64,000 nt of DNA from Klebsiella sp. WP3-W18-ESBL-02 (lineage in GTDB: Bacteria > Pseudomonadota > Gammaproteobacteria > Enterobacterales > Enterobacteriaceae), in the NCBI RefSeq assembly GCF_014168815.1, contig NZ_AP021972.1, positions 4,756,375 to 4,820,374 of the forward strand. Reading direction: 5' to 3'. The notes under the pieces were generated by a model. The model saw only the letters and a program-made list of their open reading frames with translations. It was not told where the DNA came from and did no database searches. This document shows, piece after piece, positions 33,013 through 41,686 of the stretch; the first letter of the stretch is position 1; each line of letters begins with the position of its first letter. Made by a program: the position numbers and the translations under genes.

Positions 33013-34593
33013 ATGAAAAAACGGCGGGTAGTGATTGGCGTACTGGGAACGGTGCTCGATAAGCGCGGCAAGCGGGCCAATCGGTTTAAGAAGTGGCGAC
33101 CCACGGTTGGGCTATGCCAACAACCCGATTTCCCTGTCGACAGGCTGGAACTCCTCCACCAGCCACGCGATGAGAGCATGGCGCAACGGTTGATTGAAGA
33201 CGTCGCGCTGCTTTCGCCGTACACCCAGGTTCGCCCGCATGCCGTCACCATTAACGATCCGTGGGACTTTGAAGAGGTCTACGCCGCGTTTCTCGACTTT
33301 GCCACGCATTATGAATTTGATACGGAAAACGAAGAGTATCTGGTGCACATCACCACCGGGACTCACGTGGCACAAATCTGCTGGTTTTTGCTGACGGAAG
33401 CCCGCTACCTGCCCGCCAGCCTGCTGCAAACCGGCCCGGCGCCACGCGGTTCATCAGATGAGGCCGTCGCCGCTGGCGTCTGCTCGGTTATCGATCTCGA
33501 TTTAAGCCGCTACGCCACGCTCACCAGTCGTTTTCAGCGCGAACAGCAGCGGTCGGTCTCTTTTCTGAAAGCCGGGATTGATACGCGCAACGCCACCTTC
33601 AATAAACTGATCGATCGCATTGAGCGGGTAGCTCTGCGTTCGACCGACCCGATCCTGCTCACCGGCCCTACCGGCGCGGGCAAATCCTTCCTCGCGAAAC
33701 GTATTTTTCAGCTACGCCAGTCGCGGCATCTGGTGGCGGGAAAACTGGTGGCGGTTAACTGCGCAACCCTGCGCGGCGACAATGCGATGTCCACGCTGTT
33801 TGGTCACGTGAAGGGAGCCTTTACCGGCGCACTCACGGCGCGCAGCGGGTTGCTGCGAGAAGCGGATGGCGGCGTGCTGTTTCTCGATGAGATAGCCGAA
33901 TTGGGGCTGGACGAGCAGGCCATGCTACTCAAAGCAATTGAAGAAAAAACCTTTTTCCCGTTTGGGTCAGACAAAGAAGTACGCAGCGATTTTCAGCTGA
34001 TTGCTGGCACCCATCGCGACATGCGGCAATGGGTATCTGAAGGCCGTTTTCGCGAGGATCTCTACGCGCGTATCAATATGTGGAGCTTCGCCCTGCCCGG
34101 TCTGGCGCAGCGGCGGGAAGATATCGCGCCGAACGTCGAGTATGAGCTGCAACGTTTCTCCAGCAGCAAACAGACGCAAATCCGTTTCGATAAAGAAGCC
34201 CGCGCTTACTATCTGGCATTTGCCTGTTCCTCACAGGCACAGTGGCGTGGCAATTTTCGCGAGCTAAGTTCATCCATCGCGCGTATGGCGACGCTTGCCG
34301 AACAAGGTCGCATCACCTTATCCCTTGTCGAAGAAGAGATTGCGCTGCTAAAGGAGAGTTGGCAGATAGCCACTCCGCAGCCTGAACTGAATATGGACAT
34401 TGACCTGTTCGATCGCCGCCAGTTAGAAACGGTACTGGAAGTGTGCCGCCGCTGCGCGTCGCTGTCGGAAGCCGGACGCGAACTGTTTGCCGTCTCGCGG
34501 CAGAAAAAAGCCAATCCCAACGATGCAGACCGCCTGCGCAAATATCTCGCTCGTTTCGGGCTAAGCTGGGAAAACCTCCGCAGCGCAACATGA
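33013..34593 (+). CDS. RtcR-like sigma54-dependent transcriptional activator with an N-terminal CARF domain and AAA+ sigma54-activation domain
   Basis: The 526-aa product is colinear with E. coli RtcR, by memory roughly 50% identity. It carries the CARF-like N-terminus ...HITTGTHVAQICWFLL..., Walker A GPTGAGKS, the sigma54-contact GAFTGA motif (GHVKGAFTGA), and a C-terminal HTH ...DADRLRKYLARFGL.... Confidence 0.8.
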   Translation: MKKRRVVIGVLGTVLDKRGKRANRFKKWRPTVGLCQQPDFPVDRLELLHQPRDESMAQRLIEDVALLSPYTQVRPHAVTINDPWDFEEVYAAFLDFATHYEFDTENEEYLVHITTGTHVAQICWFLLTEARYLPASLLQTGPAPRGSSDEAVAAGVCSVIDLDLSRYATLTSRFQREQQRSVSFLKAGIDTRNATFNKLIDRIERVALRSTDPILLTGPTGAGKSFLAKRIFQLRQSRHLVAGKLVAVNCATLRGDNAMSTLFGHVKGAFTGALTARSGLLREADGGVLFLDEIAELGLDEQAMLLKAIEEKTFFPFGSDKEVRSDFQLIAGTHRDMRQWVSEGRFREDLYARINMWSFALPGLAQRREDIAPNVEYELQRFSSSKQTQIRFDKEARAYYLAFACSSQAQWRGNFRELSSSIARMATLAEQGRITLSLVEEEIALLKESWQIATPQPELNMDIDLFDRRQLETVLEVCRRCASLSEAGRELFAVSRQKKANPNDADRLRKYLARFGLSWENLRSAT

Positions 34594-34642
34594 ACATAAT
34601 TTGTTTGAATAATATTCCATCACGCGATAAACAATAACTATA

Positions 34643-34666
34643 GCCGGGCTCGAACCCGGCTTTTTT
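34643..34666 (+). terminator. Rho-independent terminator after the RtcR-like gene
   Basis: The hairpin GCCGGG-CTCGAA-CCCGGC is followed by TTTTTT. Confidence 0.75.
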
Positions 34667-34704
34667 ATAACAACACAACATCTTTAAATCGCAAGGAATA
34701 CAAC

Positions 34705-35631
34705 ATGCTCGCCGTTCTCACCCGGCTGTTCCCGCTTTGGGCGCTGCTGCTCTCCGTTATCGCTTATTTCACCCCCACGACCTTCACGCCGATTGGCCCG
34801 CTGGTCCCCTCGCTGCTGATGCTGATTATGTTCGGCATGGGCGTGCACCTGAAGATTGACGATTTCAAACGTGTGTTATCGCGCCCGGCGCCGGTGGCTG
34901 CGGGGATATTTCTGCATTACCTGGTGATGCCGCTTGCCGCCTGGCTGCTGGCGCTGATTTTCCATATGCCGCCGGAGCTTTCTGCCGGGATGGTGCTGGT
35001 CGGCAGCGTCGCCAGCGGCACGGCATCTAACGTGATGATCTATCTGGCGAAAGGTGACGTGGCGTTGTCCGTTACCATCTCGTCGGTCTCCACGCTGGTC
35101 GGCGTGATCGCGACGCCGCTGCTGACGCGCCTGTACGTTGATGCGCATATTCAGGTCGACGTGATGGGAATGCTGTTGAGTATATTGCAGATTGTGGTCA
35201 TTCCGATTGCGCTGGGCCTGGTCATTCACCATCTGTTCCCCCGCGTGGTCAAAGCGGTCGAGCCTTTCCTGCCCGCCTTTTCCATGGTGTGCATTCTGGC
35301 CATCATCAGCGCCGTGGTAGCCGGTTCTGCTGCGCATATCGCATCAGTAGGGTTTGTGGTGATTATCGCGGTCATTCTGCATAACACAATCGGTCTGCTC
35401 GGCGGCTATTGGGGCGGACGGCTGTTCGGCTTTGATGAGTCGACCTGCCGCACGCTGGCGATTGAAGTCGGCATGCAAAACTCTGGCCTCGCGGCAGCGC
35501 TGGGTAAAATCTACTTCGGCCCGCTGGCCGCACTGCCTGGCGCGCTGTTCTCAGTGTGGCATAACCTGTCGGGATCGCTGCTGGCGGGATACTGGTCAGG
35601 AAAGCCAATCGAAGATAAAAAAGACAAATAA
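34705..35631 (+). CDS. BASS (bile acid:sodium symporter) family transporter, PanS-like
   Basis: The 308-aa polytopic membrane protein [27 protein letters not shown]... is similar to the pantothenate-precursor transporter PanS of Salmonella, which sits next to yjbD/rluF there. E. coli K-12 has no gene at this position. Confidence 0.6.
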   Translation: MLAVLTRLFPLWALLLSVIAYFTPTTFTPIGPLVPSLLMLIMFGMGVHLKIDDFKRVLSRPAPVAAGIFLHYLVMPLAAWLLALIFHMPPELSAGMVLVGSVASGTASNVMIYLAKGDVALSVTISSVSTLVGVIATPLLTRLYVDAHIQVDVMGMLLSILQIVVIPIALGLVIHHLFPRVVKAVEPFLPAFSMVCILAIISAVVAGSAAHIASVGFVVIIAVILHNTIGLLGGYWGGRLFGFDESTCRTLAIEVGMQNSGLAAALGKIYFGPLAALPGALFSVWHNLSGSLLAGYWSGKPIEDKKDK

Positions 35632-35644
35632 CGCTCAAGAGTCG

Positions 35645-35720
35645 GCCCGATAAGCGGAGCGCCATCGGGCTAAATAACGCACCTTGCCGGATGGCGGCGT
35701 CAACGCCTTATCCGGCCTAC
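35645..35720. repeat. REP/BIME element
   Basis: GCCCGATAAGCGGAGCGCCATCGGGC is followed by GCCGGATGGCGGCGTCAACGCCTTATCCGGCCTAC. Confidence 0.8.
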
Positions 35721-35776
35721 AAAGATTTGCCCCTTTGCCGTACACTGGGTTAACTATCCGATTGAGGGCACTCCCT

Positions 35777-36049
35777 ATGGCACTCCCCCGCATTACGCAA
35801 AAAGAGATGACCGAGCGCGAACAGCGCGAGCTGAAAACCCTGCTCGACCGCGCGCGCATCGCACATGGCCGCCCGTTGACGAACGCGGAAACTAACGGCG
35901 TGAAAAAGGAGTACATCGATAAGCTGATGGTACAGCGCGAAGCGGAAGCGAAAAAAGCCCGCCAGTTAAAGAAACAGCAGGCTTATAAACCGGATACCGA
36001 GAGTTCATTTTCCTGGTCGGCGAACACGCCGACACGCGGCAGGCGTTAA
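35777..36049 (+). CDS. yjbD: Small conserved protein YjbD (DUF3811)
   Basis: [66 protein letters not shown]... (90 aa) matches E. coli YjbD. The ORF-track upstream extension is rejected. Confidence 0.85.
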   Translation: MALPRITQKEMTEREQRELKTLLDRARIAHGRPLTNAETNGVKKEYIDKLMVQREAEAKKARQLKKQQAYKPDTESSFSWSANTPTRGRR

Positions 36050-36918
36050 CGCCCTTTCTTTTTCCGCCCCGGTGCGGTGAAACGTTTACCGTTGCCCGCC
36101 GGGCGCGCCGGTTTCTCGCTGGTTTTTTCCATCTTCACCACCGGGCGTTTGATCCCCGCGGTTTTCGGCTTGGCCTTGGCTTTTGGTTTCGCCTCGGAAG
36201 AGGAGTTCTCAATCAGCTTAAACAGGTCAATCAGCTCATCGTCCGTCAGATCGCGCCACTCGCCCAGCGGGATACCCGCGAGGCTCACGTTCATAATGCG
36301 CGTACGCTCAAGCTTCGTGACTTCATAGCCAAAGTGTTCACACATGCGGCGAATCTGGCGATTCAGCCCCTGCACGAGGGTAATACGGAAGACAAACGGC
36401 GCTTCTTTCTTCACTTTGCACTTTTTGGTCACGGTGCCGAGAATCGGTACGCCCGCGCCCATGCCGCGAATAAACTCATCGGTGACCGGCTTATCAACCG
36501 TGACCAGATACTCTTTTTCGTGGTCGTTGCCGGCGCGCAGAATCTTATTCACCAGATCGCCGTGGTTGGTGAGAAAAATCAGCCCCTGGGAGTCTTTGTC
36601 CAGACGGCCTATCGGGAAGACGCGTTTGCTGTGGTTAACAAAATCCACAATGTTATCGCGCTCGCCGTCTTCGGTCGTGCTGACGATACCGACAGGTTTA
36701 TTCAGCGCAATCAGCACTAAATCATCCGCTTCACGCGGCTCAATCAACCGACCGTTGACCTTCACAACGTCGCCCGGCATAACCTGGTCGCCAATGGTGG
36801 CGCGTTTACCGTTGATAAAGACGTTGCCCTGTTCGATAAAGCGATCCGCTTCGCGACGCGAACAGATACCGCTTTCGCTGATGTATTTATTTAATCGGGT
36901 TGATGAGTCTGGCAGCAT
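36046..36918 (-). CDS. rluF: 23S rRNA pseudouridine(2604) synthase RluF
   Basis: The 290-aa product begins with an S4 domain ([33 protein letters not shown]), has the pseudouridine synthase core, and ends in a Lys/Ala/Pro-rich tail. Confidence 0.93.
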   Translation of the reverse strand: MLPDSSTRLNKYISESGICSRREADRFIEQGNVFINGKRATIGDQVMPGDVVKVNGRLIEPREADDLVLIALNKPVGIVSTTEDGERDNIVDFVNHSKRVFPIGRLDKDSQGLIFLTNHGDLVNKILRAGNDHEKEYLVTVDKPVTDEFIRGMGAGVPILGTVTKKCKVKKEAPFVFRITLVQGLNRQIRRMCEHFGYEVTKLERTRIMNVSLAGIPLGEWRDLTDDELIDLFKLIENSSSEAKPKAKAKPKTAGIKRPVVKMEKTSEKPARPAGNGKRFTAPGRKKKGR

Positions 36919-37133
36919 AAATTCTCCTTTGGCAGCGGAATATACCTTACCTTACGGGTGAGAAAAAATAGTCCGTCGCAAATCGTTGTACATATCACGC
37001 CAGATTTGCACAAACGTGCAATTACCCAACCGAGAATATCGAGCAAATACGCTTGAACTCCTTATACAGCGGCGCTATACCAGATCCATACCCTGACCAC
37101 GACGTTTTGCACATATGTGCAGGAGCCCCTTCG

Positions 37134-38072
37134 ATGGAAAACAGCGACGATATCCGTCTTATCGTGAAAATTGCTCAGCTCTACTATGAACAGGAGATGA
37201 CGCAGGCGCAAATTGCGCAGTCGCTGGGGATTTATCGCACCACCATCAGCCGCCTGCTCAAACGCGGGCGCGAGCTGGGGGTGGTGACTATCGCCATTAA
37301 CTATGACTACAACGACAGCCTGTGGTTAGAAGAGCAGCTTAAACAGATATTTGGCCTGAAGGAGGCCGCCGTCGCCCCGCAGGAAGCCGAGCTCGGAGCC
37401 TATGGCGCACCGCTGGTGGAGCGCCTGCTCTCGGCTAACGCCATCATTGGCTTCGGCTGGGGTCGCGCGGTCAGCATGCTGGTCGAGTCCCTCCCCACCG
37501 CCAGCCAGCCGCGCCAACATGTCTGTGTTCCGATCGTCGGAGGACCGTCGGGCAAGCTGCCGAGCCGTTACCACGTCAACACGCTCACCTACGCTGCCGC
37601 TGAACGTCTGAAGGCGGAGTCTTACCTCGCGGACTTTCCGGCCCTGCTGGATAACCCGACGATTCGCAACGGCATCATGCAGTCACAGCATTATCAAACG
37701 CTGGCGGGCTACTGGCAGAAGCTCGACGTCGCGCTGGTGGGCATCGGCTCGCCGGCGATTCGTCATGGTGCCAACTGGCAGGCATTTTACGGTAACGCAC
37801 AAAGCGATGAACTGATTGCCCGCGGGGTGGCTGGCGACATCTGCTCACGCTTTTTCGATAGCGATGGCGCAACGGTGCTCACCGACATGCACGAGAAAAC
37901 GCTTTCTATCCCGCTCTCCACGCTACGCCAGGCACGTGACATCGTTGGCATTGCGGCCGGAGAAGAGAAGTACGACGCCATTCTTGGCGCGCTGCGCGGT
38001 AAACACATCAACACACTGGTGACCGACCGGGCCACCGCTGACTATTTAGTACGAGGACACGCTCATGATTAA
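37134..38072 (+). CDS. SorC/DeoR-family sugar-binding transcriptional regulator
   Basis: The ATG at 37134 follows an AGGAG RBS, giving MENSDDIRLIVKIAQLYYEQEMTQAQIAQSLGIYRTTISRLLKRGRELG... with an N-terminal HTH and a SorC sugar-binding domain. It is absent from E. coli K-12 at this locus. Confidence 0.65.
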   Translation: MENSDDIRLIVKIAQLYYEQEMTQAQIAQSLGIYRTTISRLLKRGRELGVVTIAINYDYNDSLWLEEQLKQIFGLKEAAVAPQEAELGAYGAPLVERLLSANAIIGFGWGRAVSMLVESLPTASQPRQHVCVPIVGGPSGKLPSRYHVNTLTYAAAERLKAESYLADFPALLDNPTIRNGIMQSQHYQTLAGYWQKLDVALVGIGSPAIRHGANWQAFYGNAQSDELIARGVAGDICSRFFDSDGATVLTDMHEKTLSIPLSTLRQARDIVGIAAGEEKYDAILGALRGKHINTLVTDRATADYLVRGHAHD

Positions 38073-38877
38073 CCGTGATACCCAACTGTGCATGTCGCTG
38101 GCCGGACGCCCCGGCAACTTCGGCACCCGTTTCCATAATTTTCTGTATGAAAAGCTAGCGCTTAACTTTATCTATAAGGCGTTTACCACCCAGGATATTG
38201 AAGCCGCAGTGAAAGGCGTTTGCGCCCTGGGTATTCGTGGCTGCGCGGTCTCTATGCCGTTTAAAGAGAGCTGCATGCCGTTTCTGGATGCTATCGATCC
38301 GTCGGCAAACGTCATCGACTCAGTGAATACTATCGTCAATGACGATGGCCACCTGACCGGATTCAATACCGACTACATCGCGGTGAAAAGCCTGATCGCC
38401 AGCCATCGTCTGGATACCTCTGCCCGGGTAATGATTCAGGGCAGTGGCGGCATGGGCAAAGCGGTGATTGCCGCTTTCCGCGACGCGGGATTTAGCGATG
38501 TCATTATTGCGGCTCGTAATGAGGTTAACGGCACGGCGTTAGCAAAACAGTACGGCTTCCGGTGGCAGCCACGGCCGGAAGCTGAGGGTATCGACATTCT
38601 GGTTAACGTCACGCCTATCGGTATGGCGGGCGGTAAAGAGAGCACGCAGCTTGCTTACAGTGAAGCCATGGTGACACGCGCCAGCGTGGTCTTTGACGTG
38701 GTGGCTTTGCCCGCAGAAACGCCGGTGATTCAACTCGCCCAACGCCTGGGGAAAAAGACGATTAGCGGTGCTGAAGTGATTGCCCTCCAGGCGGTGGAGC
38801 AGTTTGTCATGTATACCGGCGTGCGCCCGGACGATGCGCTGATTGCAGAGGCAGCGGCGTTTGCCAGAGCGGGGTAA
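38065..38877 (+). CDS. Shikimate/quinate 5-dehydrogenase-like protein (AroE/YdiB family)
   Basis: The 270-aa product has the SDH-like fold, ...SMPFKESCMPFLD...NTDYIAVKSLI...GSGGMGKAVIAA.... Its start overlaps the regulator stop (ATGATTAA). Confidence 0.62.
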   Translation: MINRDTQLCMSLAGRPGNFGTRFHNFLYEKLALNFIYKAFTTQDIEAAVKGVCALGIRGCAVSMPFKESCMPFLDAIDPSANVIDSVNTIVNDDGHLTGFNTDYIAVKSLIASHRLDTSARVMIQGSGGMGKAVIAAFRDAGFSDVIIAARNEVNGTALAKQYGFRWQPRPEAEGIDILVNVTPIGMAGGKESTQLAYSEAMVTRASVVFDVVALPAETPVIQLAQRLGKKTISGAEVIALQAVEQFVMYTGVRPDDALIAEAAAFARAG

Positions 38878-39023
38878 CGCGCATCAAAGAGCGTCTGCCG
38901 GAGGCGTAGCCAAAGCTCACTTTCAGCACACCGCCTGCAACACCGTGAACTGCATCAGTAAGCTGACCGGTACAGGATGATAACATGCCGCCCTGATTGA
39001 TAGTTTTCTGATTAATAGGAGAA

Positions 39024-39716
39024 ATGATGGATTTACTTCTGCTGAGTAACTCAACGCTGCCGGGCAAAGCCTGGCTGGAACACGCGCTGCCGTTAATTGA
39101 GGCACGGCTGAACGGCCGCCGCCGCGCGGTGTTTATTCCCTTTGCTGGCGTCACGCAGACCTGGGATGAGTACACGGCAAAAACCGCTGCCGTGCTGGCT
39201 CCGCTGGGCGTGTCGGTCACCGGCATTCATACCGTGGCGGACCCGGTATCGGCAATTGAAAACGCCGAACTGATCATTGTCGGCGGCGGCAATACCTTCC
39301 AGTTGCTTAAAGAGAGCCGTCAACGCGGCCTGCTGACGCCAATTGTTGACGTGGCCAAACGCGGCGCGCTGTATATCGGTTGGAGCGCAGGGGCGAATCT
39401 GGCCTGCCCGACCATTCGGACCACCAACGATATGCCCATTGTCGATCCGCAGGGCTTTGATGCACTGGGCCTGTTCCCGCTGCAGATTAACCCCCACTTC
39501 ACCAACGCGCTGCCTGAAGGTCATAAGGGTGAAACCCGTGAACAGCGTATTCGCGAGCTGCTGGTCGTCGCGCCAGAATTAACGGTGATTGGGCTGCCGG
39601 AGGGCAACTGGATTGAGGTCGCGCAGGGTCATGCCACGCTCGGCGGGCCAAACACCACCTACGTGTTTACCGCCGGAGAAGACGCGATCGCGCTGGAAGC
39701 CGGCCACCGCTTCTAA
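39024..39716 (+). CDS. pepE: Dipeptidase E (alpha-aspartyl dipeptidase)
   Basis: [63 protein letters not shown]... (230 aa) matches PepE. Confidence 0.94.
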   Translation: MMDLLLLSNSTLPGKAWLEHALPLIEARLNGRRRAVFIPFAGVTQTWDEYTAKTAAVLAPLGVSVTGIHTVADPVSAIENAELIIVGGGNTFQLLKESRQRGLLTPIVDVAKRGALYIGWSAGANLACPTIRTTNDMPIVDPQGFDALGLFPLQINPHFTNALPEGHKGETREQRIRELLVVAPELTVIGLPEGNWIEVAQGHATLGGPNTTYVFTAGEDAIALEAGHRF

Positions 39717-39724
39717 ACGCGATT

Positions 39725-39806
39725 GCCGGATAGCGGCGCGATAACCTTATCCGGCCTGCAGTGAACGCGACCTGCAGGGCGGATAAGCGCAGCGCTATCC
39801 GGCGCG
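39725..39806. repeat. REP/BIME element
   Basis: GCCGGATAGCGGCGCGATAACCTTATCCGGCC is followed by GGGCGGATAAGCGCAGCGCTATCCGGCGC. Confidence 0.75.
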
Positions 39807-39813
39807 GATTCCG

Positions 39814-41445
39814 TTAGTAATCATCGCGCTCGTCGTCTTCGTCCGGCTGCTCCAGCACGCTGTAGGCCACCGAACAGAACAGCGAGTTCAGCCGCTGCAT
39901 ATCCCCCAGCAGCGCCAGATGCAGGGTACTGGTCTCAATACTCTGCACGTTCTGCTGATGCAGTCGATCGACGTGCGCATGCGCATAGCGGCGGTTCATG
40001 ATACGGAAACGGTGCTTGCTGCGTCGCAGACGGCGGGCGCTGGTCATGTCGCCGGAGAAGAAGACCGACATTGCCAGCTGCAGGTTACCGAGCAGCAGTT
40101 CGTACAGCGCGTCCAGTTCTTTAAGGCCTTCTACGGAAAACGCGCGGCGCGCAGCCAGCGATTTATCGGCAATTTCGCTGCCCATTCGCTCAATAATATC
40201 CGACGCCTGCTCCAGGTTGAGCGACATCTCGATAATCTCCGCCCAGCGGCGAGACTCCTCTTCCGCCAGTTCATCCTTCGGCATTCGCGCCAGATAGAGC
40301 TTGATGGCGGTGTAGAGCACGTTGATATCGTCCGCCTGCTTGCGCAGGTTTTTCTCTTCGCGCGGCTCGCCGTTCATCACCTTTTTGAGCCCTTCCAGCA
40401 TCTGCTCGGTGGCATCGCCGATGCGCAGGGTTTCGCGCGCGGCATTGGCCAGCGCCAGCGTAGGGGTGTCGAGCGCGGTCACGTCCAGATGCTTCGGCTT
40501 CAGGCTGCCCTCCAGCTCTGGTTCATCGCGGATCATACGTTTACACAAACGCGCCATCGGTTCGGCGAACGGTACCATCGCCACGCAGCGAATCAGGTTG
40601 TAGAAGACGTGGAAATAGATAACCAGCTCTGATTCCGCCAGCGGAAGCTTGTGCAGCGTGTCGGCCAGCACGTGAACGAACGGCAGAATCAGCAGGCTGC
40701 CCACCAGCTTAAACAGCAGGCTTCCCAGCGCCACACGGCGCGCGGCGGCGTTGGCGGCGCTGTTGTTGAGCATCGCCAGCAGGCCGGAACCGAGGTTGGC
40801 GCCAATCACCAGACACAGCGCAACCGGGAAGGAAATCACACCAGCGGTGGTCAATGTCGCGGTCAGCAGCACGGCGGCCAGGCTGGAATAACTGATGATG
40901 GCGAACACCGCGCCAATCAGCGCATCCAGCAGAATATCGCCGGTCAGCGAGGCGAAGATCACCTGCACGCCGTTGGCCTGGGTGATCGGCGTGACCGCCT
41001 GAACGATCAGCTCCAGCGCCAGTAGTATCAGGCCAAGGCCGATGCCGACGCGGCCAAGCTGGCCTTCTCGGGTTTGTTTACGACCCAGGAAGAAGGTCAC
41101 GCCGATAAAAATCAGCAGCGGCGACAGCCACGAAAGATCGAATGTCAGGATTCGCGCCATCAGCGCGGTCCCGACGTCGGCCCCGAGCACGATAACCAAT
41201 GCTGGCGTCAGCGCGACAAGGTCCTGAGCAACAAACGACGTCACCAGCATGGTGGTGGCGTTGCTGCTCTGCACCAGCGCCGTCACGCCAATACCCGCGC
41301 AGAAAGCGAGCGGCTTTTTCTCTACGCTACGGCTCAGTACGGTACGCAGGCGCGCGCCGAAGACGCGCATCACGCCGGTACGGACGATATGGGTTCCCCA
41401 CACCAGCAGGGCGACGGCGGAAAGCAGGTGTAGCAGCGTTAACAC
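39814..41445 (-). CDS. yjbB: Na+/Pi-cotransporter-family membrane protein with a PhoU-like domain, YjbB
   Basis: The 543-aa product MLTLLHLLSAVALLVWGTHIVRTGVMRVFGARLRTVLSRSVEKKPLAFCAGIGVTALVQSSNATT... matches E. coli YjbB. Confidence 0.88.
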   Translation of the reverse strand: MLTLLHLLSAVALLVWGTHIVRTGVMRVFGARLRTVLSRSVEKKPLAFCAGIGVTALVQSSNATTMLVTSFVAQDLVALTPALVIVLGADVGTALMARILTFDLSWLSPLLIFIGVTFFLGRKQTREGQLGRVGIGLGLILLALELIVQAVTPITQANGVQVIFASLTGDILLDALIGAVFAIISYSSLAAVLLTATLTTAGVISFPVALCLVIGANLGSGLLAMLNNSAANAAARRVALGSLLFKLVGSLLILPFVHVLADTLHKLPLAESELVIYFHVFYNLIRCVAMVPFAEPMARLCKRMIRDEPELEGSLKPKHLDVTALDTPTLALANAARETLRIGDATEQMLEGLKKVMNGEPREEKNLRKQADDINVLYTAIKLYLARMPKDELAEEESRRWAEIIEMSLNLEQASDIIERMGSEIADKSLAARRAFSVEGLKELDALYELLLGNLQLAMSVFFSGDMTSARRLRRSKHRFRIMNRRYAHAHVDRLHQQNVQSIETSTLHLALLGDMQRLNSLFCSVAYSVLEQPDEDDERDDY

Positions 41446-41500
41446 GGAATCGGGTTCTCCTTATTGTTATAGGTTCCAGAGGCAAGCGGTGTTGGCATCA

Positions 41501-41578
41501 TGCCTGATGGCGCTGCGCTTATCAGGCCGACAGAATTTCCCCGTAGGCCGGATAAGGCGTTTACGCCGCCATCCGGCA
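41501..41578. repeat. REP/BIME element
   Basis: TGCCTGATGGCGCTGCGCTTATCAGGCC is followed by GTAGGCCGGATAAGGCGTTTACGCCGCCATCCGGCA. Confidence 0.8.
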
Positions 41579-41619
41579 AGCCGCGCAGGCGAGCCTCCTT
41601 TCAGTATAAGGGTTTACGC

Positions 41620-41655
41620 GCCAGAAAGAGACAGGGCGCTCATTGAGCGCCCTGT
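41620..41655 (-). terminator. Rho-independent terminator of metH
   Basis: On the minus strand the hairpin ACAGGGCGCTCAATGAGCGCCCTGT is followed by CTCTTTCT. Confidence 0.65.
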
Positions 41656-41686
41656 TTGTTGTAAGGAAAGATGACGATTTTGTGAA

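Noticed and set aside
34643-34660. The tRNA-like-looking string GCTCGAACCC downstream of the RtcR-like gene
   Set aside because: It is simply the loop side of the perfect palindrome GCCGGG-CTCGAA-CCCGGC followed by T6, an ordinary intrinsic terminator.
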